64,000 bases of DNA from an uncultured Acidobacteriota bacterium. Lineage in GTDB: Bacteria > Acidobacteriota > Terriglobia > Acidiferrales > UBA7541. The position numbers and the translations under genes are program-made. Below are positions 45,793-55,483 of the stretch, in pieces (position 1 is the first letter of the stretch; every line of letters begins with the position of its first letter). The notes beneath the pieces are model-generated. The model saw only the letters and a program-made list of their open reading frames with translations. It was not told the origin of the DNA and searched no databases. The stretch spans positions 400,778 to 464,777 of the forward strand of contig CAVTII010000015.1 of NCBI GenBank assembly GCA_963734705.1. The letters are read 5' to 3'.

Positions 45793-46710
45793 ATGAAAAA
45801 TTGGGGATGGAAGGCAAGGTGGGTGGGCCCGGCGGCGGGAGTGTTGGCGGGATTGCTGTGGTTGGGAGGAGCGTTGTGTGTTGAGGCGCAGACTCGAGGG
45901 GATGAGGGGGGAGGCGGAGGTTCGGAGGAGATACCGCTGGAGAAGTGCGACGTGCTGCCGGTGGTGCAGGTGACGGTGGATGGGAGTGAAATGCGGTTTC
46001 TGGTGGATACGGGAGCAACGACGATTCTGAATTTGGGTTCGTTTACTTCCGGGCGGTCGAAGGAGATTCAGGTGAGTTCTTGGAGCGGGACAGCGGCGAC
46101 GAGCGCGCGGGAAGTACGGTTGCCGGAACTTGCGTTGGGAAGCCACCGGTTGAAGGATTTGAAATTGCCGGCGATTGATTTAAGTCCGATTGGGAAAGCG
46201 TGCGGCGGAAAAATTGACGGGATTCTTGGCGTGGATTTGCTGGACAGAATGGGAGTGACGATCGATTTGAAGAGGCAGGTGGCTTCGATAGGGACGGAGC
46301 CGGCGGGTGCTCGGGCGATGTATGGGCTGATGGAGTCGCAGATGCATCAGTGTACCGATGCGTTTGAACAAGGGAAGGCGAAGGAGCTGGAAGAATGCTT
46401 TGATCCGGAGATTGTGCTTTATACGCCGGATGGGGAGTATCGCGGGCGCAAGCAGGCGGTGGAGTATTTGCAGGCGCGGTATATGAAGTATGCGCCCAAT
46501 CTTTCGTACTCGATGGTATTGAAGGATGTGCAGAGTTTTGGGGATGCGCTTTGGTATTCGTACGATTATGAGATTACGGCGCCGAAGGAGCATGTGGTGG
46601 GGCACGGGATGTCTATGTGCAGGCGGACGGCGGGGAAGTGGTATGTTTTGAATTTGCATAATTCGTTGGTGGGGACAGAAGCGGCGGGGAAGAGTTCACC
46701 ACAGAGGTAG
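45793..46710 (+). CDS. secreted retropepsin-like aspartyl protease domain fused to SnoaL/DUF4440-like (NTF2 fold) domain
   Basis: Signal WVGPAAGVLAGLLWLGGALCVEAQ. Asp-protease motif FLVDTGATTILN ... GILGVDLL. The C-terminal half has FDPEIVLYTPDGEYRGRKQAVEYL...GKWYVLNLH. Confidence 0.65.
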   Translation: MKNWGWKARWVGPAAGVLAGLLWLGGALCVEAQTRGDEGGGGGSEEIPLEKCDVLPVVQVTVDGSEMRFLVDTGATTILNLGSFTSGRSKEIQVSSWSGTAATSAREVRLPELALGSHRLKDLKLPAIDLSPIGKACGGKIDGILGVDLLDRMGVTIDLKRQVASIGTEPAGARAMYGLMESQMHQCTDAFEQGKAKELEECFDPEIVLYTPDGEYRGRKQAVEYLQARYMKYAPNLSYSMVLKDVQSFGDALWYSYDYEITAPKEHVVGHGMSMCRRTAGKWYVLNLHNSLVGTEAAGKSSPQR

Positions 46711-46815
46711 CGGAGGTCCGCAAAGTTAACCGAGATTTGGGAGTTGGCGCTAGATGGTTTTGTTGGGTTGAATTTGGACGGTTGAGGATCGAGAAAGCAA
46801 ATAGGAGAGACTGAG

Positions 46816-47832
46816 ATGGCGAAGAATTTGGTGGCGCAGGTTGGTAAGGCGGGCGGGGAGTTTGAGTTGGTGGAGCGGGATATGCCGGTGCCGGGGGCGG
46901 GAGAGATCCGGATCAAGGTGCTGGCTTGCGGAGTGTGTCACAGCGATCAGGCAACGAAGGAAGGGATGTTTCCATTTATCACATTCCCGCGCGTGCCGGG
47001 GCATGAGGTGGCGGGGATTGTGGACGAAGTGGGCGCGGGCGTGACGGAATGGAAGAAGGGGGATCGGGTAGGGGCAGGCTGGCACGGCGGACATTGTTTT
47101 GTGTGCGAGTCTTGCCGGCGCGGAGAGTTTGTGACCTGCAAGAACGAGCAGATCAATGGTGTGACGCGGGACGGCGGATACGGGCAATACATGATCGCGC
47201 GGCATGAGGCGGTGGCGCGGCTGCCGGAGTCCATGAATGCGGCGGAGGCGGGGCCGCTGCTGTGCGCGGGGATCACCACGTTTAATGCGCTGCGACACAG
47301 CGGCGCGGGGCCCGGAGATCTGGTGGCAGTGCAGGGAATCGGTGGGCTGGGGCATCTAGGAATTCAGTTCGCGGCGAAGTTCGGGTATCGCGTGGTGGGG
47401 ATCGGGCGCGGGCCAGAGAATGGAGCGCTGGCGAAGAAACTGGGCGCTTCGGTTTACATCGACAGCAAGAATTCGAATGCGGCGGAGGAGTTGCAGAAGT
47501 TGGGAGGGGCGCAGGTGATCCTGGCAACGGCGCCGAGCGCGAAGGCGATGTCTGAACTTGTGGGCGGATTGAAGGCGGGCGGCGAGCTGCTGACCATAGG
47601 TGTCTCCGGGGAGCCGCTGGAGGTTTCGCTGGCGCCGCTGATTATGGGGAAGAGGCGGATTCAAGGATGGCCCTCGGGAACGGCGATGGATTCGGAAGAT
47701 ACGCTGCAGTTTTCGGAGATGACCGGAGTGCGGGCGATGATTGAGAAATATCCGCTGGCGAAGGTGAAAGAGGCGTACGAGCGGATGATGTCGGGGAAGG
47801 CTGAGTTTCGGGTGGTGTTGACGATGGAGTGA
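46816..47832 (+). CDS. zinc-dependent alcohol dehydrogenase (AdhP-like)
   Basis: Motifs: GVCHSDQ, PGHEVAGIVDEVG, CxxCxxC...C structural zinc site (CFVCESCRRGEFVTC), GIGGLGHLGIQFA. Confidence 0.9.
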   Translation: MAKNLVAQVGKAGGEFELVERDMPVPGAGEIRIKVLACGVCHSDQATKEGMFPFITFPRVPGHEVAGIVDEVGAGVTEWKKGDRVGAGWHGGHCFVCESCRRGEFVTCKNEQINGVTRDGGYGQYMIARHEAVARLPESMNAAEAGPLLCAGITTFNALRHSGAGPGDLVAVQGIGGLGHLGIQFAAKFGYRVVGIGRGPENGALAKKLGASVYIDSKNSNAAEELQKLGGAQVILATAPSAKAMSELVGGLKAGGELLTIGVSGEPLEVSLAPLIMGKRRIQGWPSGTAMDSEDTLQFSEMTGVRAMIEKYPLAKVKEAYERMMSGKAEFRVVLTME

Positions 47833-47993
47833 TCGAGAGGAGATAGCCGACAGTCCACAGTCGACAGCTGACAGTTTTCGGATTTCGGAGAAGAGTTTGG
47901 GCGGAGGGGCGATGGCGCTTCTCCGCTTTTTGTTTGTGGAGGACGCACGATGAATAAGAGGTGGGCTCGCCTGGGAAGGCTTTGCTTTGGCTT

Positions 47994-48051
47994 GCCTGCA
48001 AGTTGCAGGTGCTACCAATGCGGGCGGCCCGCCACGGTCGGCGGGCCCTAC
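47994..48051 (+). repeat. adjacent REP family e (GCCTGCAAGTTGCAGGT+GCTACC) and family d (GGCCCGCCACGGTCGGCGGGCC+CTAC) copies
   Basis: The family d copy is identical to 19153..19178. Confidence 0.8.
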
Positions 48052-48077
48052 TAGCGGCTGGGCTATCGCGAAATGGT

Positions 48078-48557
48078 TTAGAAGGGGATATCTTCGTCGG
48101 AGATTTCCGGGGCGGAATTGGGGCCGAATTCTTCGGAGGGGGCTTCGTGGCCGAAGTCGTCGCCGCCGCCGCTGCTGCGGGCTGCGCCAGCGGCGGCACC
48201 TGCGCCGGCTCCCGCGGCCATGCCATCGCCGCGGCCGCCGAGCATGCGAAAATTGGTGGCTACGATTTCGAAGCTGGTGCGCTTCTGGCCTTCCTTATCC
48301 TGCCATTCGCGGGACTGGATGCGGCCCTCGATAAAGACGAGCGAGCCTTTTTTCAGATATTGCTGCGCAATTTCCGCTTGTTTGCCCCAGACAACGATCT
48401 TGTGCCATTCGGTGCGCTTCTGGCGTTCGCCGTTACGATCTTTATAGGATTCATCGGTGGCGACGGAGAAATTGGCGACGGCCTGGCCGCCGGAGGTGAA
48501 GCGGGTTTCGGGATCGCGGCCAAGGCGGCCGACGAGGATGACTTTATTGACGGACAT
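48078..48557 (-). CDS. ssb: single-stranded DNA-binding protein
   Basis: [17 protein letters not shown]...[14 protein letters not shown]...[12 protein letters not shown], a Gly-rich linker, and the acidic tip DEDIPF. Confidence 0.95.
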   Translation of the reverse strand: MSVNKVILVGRLGRDPETRFTSGGQAVANFSVATDESYKDRNGERQKRTEWHKIVVWGKQAEIAQQYLKKGSLVFIEGRIQSREWQDKEGQKRTSFEIVATNFRMLGGRGDGMAAGAGAGAAAGAARSSGGGDDFGHEAPSEEFGPNSAPEISDEDIPF

Positions 48558-49177
48558 GCAAATTTCTCCTGTTCAGGCGGGGAGCGGTGGACGAGATGAT
48601 GCGTCACGATGCTCCTGGGGCCAGGGGTCCTCGCGGGATCGCCAGGGAAATTACCAGCACACGAGCTTCCCCTGAAGGAGGGAGGATAACACGGTGGCGA
48701 AGAAAAATAAAATGTGGACGGTGACTGATACTTCTGACAATGGTCCCGGCGGGTGTTGGGGCGGATAGTGTTGCGAGGTCGTGGACGACCTGAATGGGAA
48801 ATGCGGACGGAGGCGTGCGTCCCGGGAAGTACATGAGGGGCGATTTGGCGGCGGATTGGGCCTAACAGTTATGGACAAAGAAATCGGTGAACGAAGGAGC
48901 GGGCATCCCGGTGAGAGCAGGATGTAACCAAAGTACGAAAAATGGCAAGTAACGAGGAGTTAGTAGAAGCGGGAAGCCCTGGTTGAAGATCACAGACGGA
49001 GTCCTTGGGAAAATAGAAAATGTTGGAACCCGGGAACTTTGTGCATTAGAGTAGGTAAGACTAAATTAAGCCCAATGTGGGTCGACCGCTCCAGAAAAAG
49101 GAAGATCACGCCAAGAAACTGAAGTGAAGGCAAATCCCAGCCACCGCCTGGCCACGGGAAAAAACTGGTAGAAAAAA

Positions 49178-50818
49178 GTGAACCGAAGACTCGGTGTCTT
49201 GGGCGCCGTGGCTTTTGCTGTATTCGCAGCGAGCGCGCCCGCACAACAAAAGGTACCAGCAAGCAATAGCCAGAGGGATGCGCTCTATGCGCAGTCTGAA
49301 TGGCTGAAGACGACGTTTACGGACGACGGCTATGCACCCGACGTGCGTCTGGTGCTGCCGCCGCGCCTGGATTTGCCGATGACCGATCCTATTTTGCTGC
49401 CGGGTGATGAGCCGGCGAGCGCTGCGAAGAAAACCCCGTTCGGCGGGAAGAATTCGAGTTCCGGATCCAGTTCCTCTTCTGAGTCCAGCATCAAGCCGGT
49501 AAAACCAGCCGAAGAAGACACGAAGGTGCATTGGGGACCTGCGCTGATGGAAGCCCTGCTCTACACAGGGACGATGCACGCATTCAATCTTTCGCAGCAG
49601 CCGGGAACGCGGGACACGCTAAACGGGCATTGGCTGCAACATTACGCAAGTTCGGTTTCTGAATTGCGTGGCTGGAGCGACAGCGACACCTTCATGGCTC
49701 CCTATGTGGGGCACCCGATCGAAGGGTCTGTGTTCGGGTACATTTTCCGGCAGAACGATCCGAAATATAAAACGGTGCAGTTCGGGGACGGGCGGGATTA
49801 TTACGTGAGCCTGCTGCGCTCGATGGCGTATTCGGCGGTGTGGCATACGCAGTGGAAGATCGGACCGGTCAGCGAGGCGTCGCTGGGAAATGTGATGCTA
49901 CACGCCTCACCGGGATTCATCACGCTGGTGGACACGCCAACGCTGGGGGCGATCACCATGCTGGCGGAAGACGCCGCGGACCGGTATTGGATCATGGGAC
50001 TTGAGAATCACACCAGCAACCGGGCGGCGATTATTCTGGCGCGGAGCTTTCTGAATCCGGGACGAAGCATGGCGAACATGATGGCGTTCCGTCCGCCCTG
50101 GGTGAGAGACACGCGAATGAATTTGGGCGGCGAGAGCTACGAACTGCGGAAAGAACTGGTGCGCGAGTACAAGGAAGAGGGCGGCGGGAAGCCGTTTGAG
50201 TTCATCAAGCGGACGCCAGTGGATTATGGCGTGGATTTCAAAAAGGATTTTCCGCGGGAAGCGCCGATTGAACTGGAGGCGTTTTCCTACTACGAGAGTT
50301 TCCTGGGTGGCGGGAGTTGCGTTGGCGGAGGCGGGCAGGGCGCGGCGCGGATCAATCCGCAATGGCAGATTGTGACCGAGGTGAGCGGCTGCCTGGTGAT
50401 GCACATGCCGGCGAGCAATTTGAGCGGCGATTCACTGTTCTATGGTGCGGGACCGCGGTGGACTCCGCGAGCTTCGGAGAAGATTTCGCCGTTCGCGGAG
50501 GTGATGATTGGCGGGCGCAGGGTGACCCACGAAATTGATAACACGGAACTGCGGACGGAGTTGATGAAAGAGTGGAACGACGGCAAGGGAACGCTGCCGC
50601 ATTATCCGACGCGATTTGACTGGTCCGTGGAGCGGCAGGCGAATGGGTTGGCACTGCTGGCCGGAAGCGGCGTGGACGTGGTGTTCACGCGGGCGTTCGC
50701 TTGGCGGGTGGTGAACGTGGAGTATACGCACACGTGGATTCCGGACGTGGATATGATTCACGCGCAGAATGCGATCAAGGTGACGACGGGAGCGGTGTTG
50801 CGGATTGGGACGTGGTAG
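49178..50818 (+). CDS. secreted protein of unknown function, probable outer-membrane beta-barrel C-terminus
   Basis: GTG start. Signal peptide MNRRLGVLGAVAFAVFAASAPAQQ. It has a Ser-rich linker, and the C-terminus ends ...TTGAVLRIGTW (aromatic terminal residue). Confidence 0.6.
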   Translation: MNRRLGVLGAVAFAVFAASAPAQQKVPASNSQRDALYAQSEWLKTTFTDDGYAPDVRLVLPPRLDLPMTDPILLPGDEPASAAKKTPFGGKNSSSGSSSSSESSIKPVKPAEEDTKVHWGPALMEALLYTGTMHAFNLSQQPGTRDTLNGHWLQHYASSVSELRGWSDSDTFMAPYVGHPIEGSVFGYIFRQNDPKYKTVQFGDGRDYYVSLLRSMAYSAVWHTQWKIGPVSEASLGNVMLHASPGFITLVDTPTLGAITMLAEDAADRYWIMGLENHTSNRAAIILARSFLNPGRSMANMMAFRPPWVRDTRMNLGGESYELRKELVREYKEEGGGKPFEFIKRTPVDYGVDFKKDFPREAPIELEAFSYYESFLGGGSCVGGGGQGAARINPQWQIVTEVSGCLVMHMPASNLSGDSLFYGAGPRWTPRASEKISPFAEVMIGGRRVTHEIDNTELRTELMKEWNDGKGTLPHYPTRFDWSVERQANGLALLAGSGVDVVFTRAFAWRVVNVEYTHTWIPDVDMIHAQNAIKVTTGAVLRIGTW

Positions 50819-50867
50819 AAGAGAGGTAGCAGCTAGCAGATAACAGATATCAGGAAGCGGTTTGTGG

Positions 50868-50892
50868 GGAGGCCTTGGGGCCTCCTTTTTTT
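50868..50892 (+). terminator. rho-independent terminator
   Basis: GGAGGCC-TTGG-GGCCTCC followed by TTTTTTT. Confidence 0.85.
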
Positions 50893-51009
50893 GTATGGTC
50901 GCGAGGGGGATTTTGCACGGGTGGTGCTTTCGCAGTGAACTTGTTTCAGAGCGGTGTGCAATTGAGAGATGCGGGATTGCGAGATCTTTTGTATGGAAGG
51001 CTCGCGCGG

Positions 51010-51366
51010 CTAGGCAGCGTAGTTGGCGACAACCCGCGTAACCTTCTGGTTTTCGGATAGCTCCATGAACTCTGCTGCGAGTATGCCTTTGTGATTTTTG
51101 TATAAGAGCACCATGCTGCTGATACCTACGAATATGTTTTCCAGGTGGAAGCGCAGGTCGGGATACGCCTGGAGGCCTCTCTGGAAGTAGGCTCGCACAT
51201 TTTGCTTGCCGATTACTTTTCCAGTGGGCGTTCCCAGGAGTTGCGCGGCAACTGGCGAGGTCAATTCAACTGCATCTTGATAGTGGGTCATGATCAAGTC
51301 CAGATCATGGGCGTTCCAGGCGGCGATCCAATGTTCGGCGAGCTTCCGGGCTTCTTCTTGCGTCAC
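51010..51366 (-). CDS. SnoaL-like / NTF2-fold protein
   Basis: AEHWIAAWNAHDLDLIMTHYQDAVELTSP... is the typical SnoaL_2 pattern. Confidence 0.7.
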   Translation of the reverse strand: MTQEEARKLAEHWIAAWNAHDLDLIMTHYQDAVELTSPVAAQLLGTPTGKVIGKQNVRAYFQRGLQAYPDLRFHLENIFVGISSMVLLYKNHKGILAAEFMELSENQKVTRVVANYAA

Positions 51367-51449
51367 GACATTTTCTCCAGCAGTTTATTTTCACGAAAAA
51401 CGAGAGTGCGCAGATTTAGCGGCCAAGATATAACGGCAGCCAGATCCGT

Positions 51450-51866
51450 CTACATCCAGCCGAGCTCTTTCAGGGCCAGACCGGCATGCCAGATTTTTGT
51501 CATGTGGACAATTTTGTCGCCATCAAACTGCATGACGTAAACATAGTCGGTGCTGGTGGTTCGTCCCGTTGGGGGAACCGGGCCACCTGCACCTGTGTGG
51601 GTTGCGTGGAAGACGCCATAGGCCGACACGTTGTGGCGAGCTGCATCGGTGGCGAAAGACTTCACCTCATACCTGGCGTCTGGAAGAACGGTCATTATCC
51701 CTTTCATCCAATCGGTGTACTTTTCAAGAGTTTTGACTTCAAGCAGAGGCTCGGCTTGTGCGGAAAACGTGGCGTTGGGTGCGCAGTAGGCTCGGCAAAC
51801 TTCCCACCCTTTGCCGGTCTCGCAGGCTGCGAAGAATGCTTCGGCAATGTTCGTGATTTCTGACAT
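51450..51866 (-). CDS. SnoaL-like polyketide cyclase / ester cyclase family protein
   Basis: Start chosen at MSEITNIAEAFFAA. It continues ...YVYVMQFDGDKIVHMTKIWH. Confidence 0.65.
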   Translation of the reverse strand: MSEITNIAEAFFAACETGKGWEVCRAYCAPNATFSAQAEPLLEVKTLEKYTDWMKGIMTVLPDARYEVKSFATDAARHNVSAYGVFHATHTGAGGPVPPTGRTTSTDYVYVMQFDGDKIVHMTKIWHAGLALKELGWM

Positions 51867-51936
51867 ACATAGTCTCCTTTTCGATTCGGAGAATACCACG
51901 GGCCGAAGGTGGTTGATTCCTATTCGACTGATCGGC

Positions 51937-53247
51937 TTAAGGCCTCAGCATGATGACGCGGGCGATTGTGAAATAGATGACCAGGCCGGTTACATCGACG
52001 AGGGTGGCGACGAAGGGGGCGGAGGCACTGGCGGGGTTTAGGCCGAGGCGGCGGAGGATGAAGGGCAACATGGAGCCGGCGAGGGTGCCGAAGGCGACGA
52101 CGCCGATGAGGGCACAGAAAATAGTCAGCGCCAGAATGGCTGTTCGTGCGCCATAGGTGCCGAAGAGTTTTTGCCAGACAAAGATGCGCGTGAGCCCGAT
52201 GATGCCGAGAATGACGCCCAGGGCGAGGCCGGAAATTAATTCCCTGCGGATGACGCGGAACCAGTCGCGGAGCTTCACGTCTCCCATCGCCATGGCTTGA
52301 ATGATGAGAGAGGTGGCCTGCGAACCGGAATTTCCGCCGCTGCTGATAATCAGGGGGAGAAAGAGGGCCAGGACAACGGCTTTGGCGATCTCTTCTTCGA
52401 AGAAGCCCATCGCCGTGGCGGTGAACATTTCTCCGACGAAGAGGATGGCAAGCCATCCCGCGCGTTTGCGAACCATCTCGAGCAGGGAAGTGTGCAGGTA
52501 GGGAGTGTCGAGCGCTTCCATGCCGCCGATGTTCTGGATGTCGCGGCTGGCCTGTTCTTCGACTACGTCGACGATGTCGTCGACGGTGACGATGCCGACC
52601 ATGCGACGATCCGCCTCGAGGACAGGAACGGCAAGCAGGCGGCCTTCGCGGACGATCCGGGAGACTTCTTCCTCGTCGGTCTGCGGCGTGACGGAGACCA
52701 GGTCTTTCGTGGTCATGATTTGTTGAACGATGCTGCCGGGATCCGCGGTGAAGAGTTGGCGCAGGGAGACTACACCGAGCAGGTGTTGCTCCTGGTCCAA
52801 GACGTACGCGTAATACATTTGGGCGACCGTCGGGGCCTCTTTGCGCAGATAAGAGATGGCGACGTCCACGGTTGAGTCTGGGCGCAACCGCGCGAACCGC
52901 GGGTTCATCAGGCCGCCGGCTTCATCTTCTTGATAGGCGAGCAGGGCAATTACTTCTTTGCGCGTGGGTTCGTCGAGAAGGGCGAGGAGCTTTTCGCGCT
53001 GCGCGGGGCCGGCTTCCTGGATAGCGTCGGCAGCATCGTCTGGCGCGAGCAGGCGGATCCAGACGTGGCGCTGGTCTTCTGGGAGCCCCAGGAGCAAGTA
53101 GACCTGGTCATGAGCGCTGAGGGCGAGGAAAAAATCCGCCCGCTCGCCGGTGTGCAATTCACGAAATTGTTTCAAACGCTGGGCGTGGGAGAGGTACGGC
53201 CAGCGATCGCGGAGTTGATCCGTTGCGGATGCAAGTTGGGTGGTCAT
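51937..53247 (-). CDS. mgtE: magnesium transporter MgtE
   Basis: It has the MgtE N-domain, a tandem CBS region (HLLGVVSLRQLF, RLLAVPVLEADRRMVGIVTVDDIVDV), and a TM domain with LPLIISSGGNSGSQA and FVATLVDVTGLVIYF. Confidence 0.9.
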   Translation of the reverse strand: MTTQLASATDQLRDRWPYLSHAQRLKQFRELHTGERADFFLALSAHDQVYLLLGLPEDQRHVWIRLLAPDDAADAIQEAGPAQREKLLALLDEPTRKEVIALLAYQEDEAGGLMNPRFARLRPDSTVDVAISYLRKEAPTVAQMYYAYVLDQEQHLLGVVSLRQLFTADPGSIVQQIMTTKDLVSVTPQTDEEEVSRIVREGRLLAVPVLEADRRMVGIVTVDDIVDVVEEQASRDIQNIGGMEALDTPYLHTSLLEMVRKRAGWLAILFVGEMFTATAMGFFEEEIAKAVVLALFLPLIISSGGNSGSQATSLIIQAMAMGDVKLRDWFRVIRRELISGLALGVILGIIGLTRIFVWQKLFGTYGARTAILALTIFCALIGVVAFGTLAGSMLPFILRRLGLNPASASAPFVATLVDVTGLVIYFTIARVIMLRP

Positions 53248-53472
53248 TTTAATTTCGCCTCAGAGGTTGATTGGGCAGAGGATGGCGGGCCACTTTAGCA
53301 TGGGGACAAACACGGGGCGGTTACAATGCCAGTGCCAGCAGGCTGTACGATTCATTGAGTGTGCTGGTTCAGGCTGCTGGCTCGGGAAGGGCTTTGATCG
53401 GGTATAGCAGGAGTTTGGGACTGAGGTAATCTTGGACGCCAGACTACAGGTGAGCAAGGACTGAAAAAAGCG

Positions 53473-54000
53473 ATGATCCGACTGTCTCGAAATAGTGCAC
53501 GCTACTTGCGCGTATGCTTTTTTCTGGCGGCATACCTTTCTGCAGGTTGTTTTGGTCCGGCGTTCGCGCAGTCAAACGAAGCGAGCGCTGCTTCGGAGTG
53601 TGGCGGAGGAACCACGGTAGACACACTGGGGCCGGAGAAGGCGAAGCTCGCGCGGACTTTTCTCTCTGAACTTAAAACTGCCGTAGAACTGGACCAACGG
53701 TCGAAAGTTGCGAACATGATCCGATTTCCGGTACCGGTGGGCACGCCCAAGAGACGTTTGCAAATCAAGGACCGCGAAGAATTTTTGTACAACTACGAGC
53801 CCATAGTTACCTCGAAAGTGAAAGCCACTCTTGCTAACGAGGTGTCGTCCAAATGCCTGTTCGCGAATTGGCAGGGATTCATGGTTGGGGACGGCGAAGT
53901 GTGGTTCGATGAGATAAGTCCGGGAAATTTGAAAGTCATTACATTTAACATCGACGAGGATTTTTCGCCGCGGCATCCAGCGAAGAGCGCGGCCAACTGA
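53473..54000 (+). CDS. secreted protein of unknown function
   Basis: Signal peptide YLRVCFFLAAYLSAGCFGPAFAQ. Lower-GC region. I recognise no motif. Confidence 0.55.
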   Translation: MIRLSRNSARYLRVCFFLAAYLSAGCFGPAFAQSNEASAASECGGGTTVDTLGPEKAKLARTFLSELKTAVELDQRSKVANMIRFPVPVGTPKRRLQIKDREEFLYNYEPIVTSKVKATLANEVSSKCLFANWQGFMVGDGEVWFDEISPGNLKVITFNIDEDFSPRHPAKSAAN

Positions 54001-54020
54001 ATCGGTCAAGATTTATGTGG

Positions 54021-54521
54021 CTAAGTACTCCCCATGTATTGCTTCTCTAGTTGAAGCATGCTCTCCCGGGATGACGAGTAAAACTCGTGAAATCGGGGAC
54101 CATCAATCCGGAGGATGGCGGGGATTGTTTTCCCGTAATGGACGCGCAACAGAATTTCGGCCCTGTCACCGATAATCTTTCCCTTGGGGTCCAGTTTCTT
54201 CTCTCGTTTGATGACCTTGGCTGCTTTGAGTATCTGTTTGTCAAAATAATCCTGAGCATCGGCAAAGTCGGGGAAATCGTCGTACAAGACCGTCAGCGCG
54301 CTTCCGTCCGAGCCTTTGAAGTTTGTGAAACCGAGATGAACCTTGTTCTCATCGAGTAATTCTCCCATTACAATGTTCTGAAATTCGATACGCGCGGGAG
54401 CTTGTTTGGTGGGTGCTTGAGCCTTTTCCTGTCCTGCGAGGCCCGACACTCTGGCCGCGAGAATCGAAATACCTCTATATCCCACGCAAGCGAGCCGGAA
54501 TTTTATTTTGGATTTGTACAT
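54021..54521 (-). CDS. protein of unknown function
   Basis: 166-aa ORF in the lower-GC region, convergent with 53473..54000. I recognise no motif. Confidence 0.5.
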   Translation of the reverse strand: MYKSKIKFRLACVGYRGISILAARVSGLAGQEKAQAPTKQAPARIEFQNIVMGELLDENKVHLGFTNFKGSDGSALTVLYDDFPDFADAQDYFDKQILKAAKVIKREKKLDPKGKIIGDRAEILLRVHYGKTIPAILRIDGPRFHEFYSSSRESMLQLEKQYMGST

Positions 54522-54657
54522 CTAGGGGTTCTCCCAGAGGCGGGGTTCGCGCCGTTGCACATCCAGATGTGGGACACGTGGTGCAGCTTCATGTTGGGGC
54601 CGGCGCGGTTCCCAAGGCTTATGCTGGCTCGGAACCAGGTTGAGTCTAGAAGCCATC

Positions 54658-55427
54658 TCATAAATACCTCAGGAGGATGATGGCGCAAGCCAACTGCACC
54701 ATCCCGAGGAAATTCTCTGGGTAGTATTCCCAGCGAATGACCACACGACGAAAATTATGAAGCCAGGCGAACAAACGCTCAATTTTCCACCGCCGACGGT
54801 AGCGGCGCAGCACGCGCCCATCTTGGGTGGCCTTCCGGCTGCGTGTGGAGTTGTGCGGCGCAACCAACTCGACGCCGAAGCGTTCGCGAATCTGCGCATC
54901 CAAAGGATCGCTGTCGTAGGCGCGGTCGCCGATCAAGCGTTCGGGAGTTTCCGCAAGGAAGCATCGCTGGAGCGTGGGCTCGACGAGTTTTGTTTCATGA
55001 GGCGAAGCGCTGGCCACGTGTACGGCGAGAGGAAGACCATGGCCGTCGCTGATCGCCATGATTTTGCTGCCTTTGCCGCGCCGAGTAGGGCCGACAGCAG
55101 AGCCCCCTTTTTCGCCGAACTGAAGGTGGCATCGATGAACGATTCGCTCAGGTCCAGCTTCCCTCGATCGCGTAAGTCTTCCGCCAGTTTCTGCAGCAGC
55201 CGAGTGAGCAACCCGGACCGCTGCCACTGCTGGAAGCGACGATGACAGGTTTGGTAGGGAGGATAACGACGCGGCAGATCGTGCCAAGGAGCGCCGGTGC
55301 GCAAGACCCAAAAAACTCCGTTCAGCACCGCTCGCGTATCTTGCCACGGACGGCCACGCCCATCGTCCCTGCGTTTCGGACGAAACAGTGTTTCGAGCAC
55401 CGCCCACTGGGCGTCGGTGAGGTCCAT
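54658..55427 (-). CDS. IS5-family transposase, two overlapping frames (probable programmed -1 frameshift)
   Basis: orfA (55427..54933) has MDLTDAQWAVLETLF...GRPWQDTRAVLNGVFWVLRTGAPWHDLP. The orfB frame continues with GGSAVGPTRRGKGSKIMAISDGHGLPLAV...LIGDRAYDSD...RRWKIERLFAWLHNFRR. Confidence 0.8.
55103..55112 (-). other. A5G5 run at the orfA/orfB frame junction (candidate slippery site)
   Basis: The coding strand reads GCG AAA AAG GGG GCT, and orfB is in the -1 frame from here. Confidence 0.55.
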
Positions 55428-55483
55428 GCTCTTGATTTACGCTAGTTTGCATAACTCACAAGCTTCCAATGACCTGAAAGTGT

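Noticed and set aside
1577-48051. Whether the many short palindromic repeats form a CRISPR array.
   Set aside because: The copies are dispersed singly or in pairs across 64 kb, with no regular repeat-spacer periodicity, and no cas genes are present.
53248-53472. A possible M-box (Mg2+) riboswitch in the 225-nt leader upstream of mgtE.
   Set aside because: mgtE is often M-box controlled, and the leader has a GCUAAAG-like word (CAUGCUAAAGUGGC). I could not find the other conserved M-box segments by eye, so the call is unsupported without a covariance-model scan.
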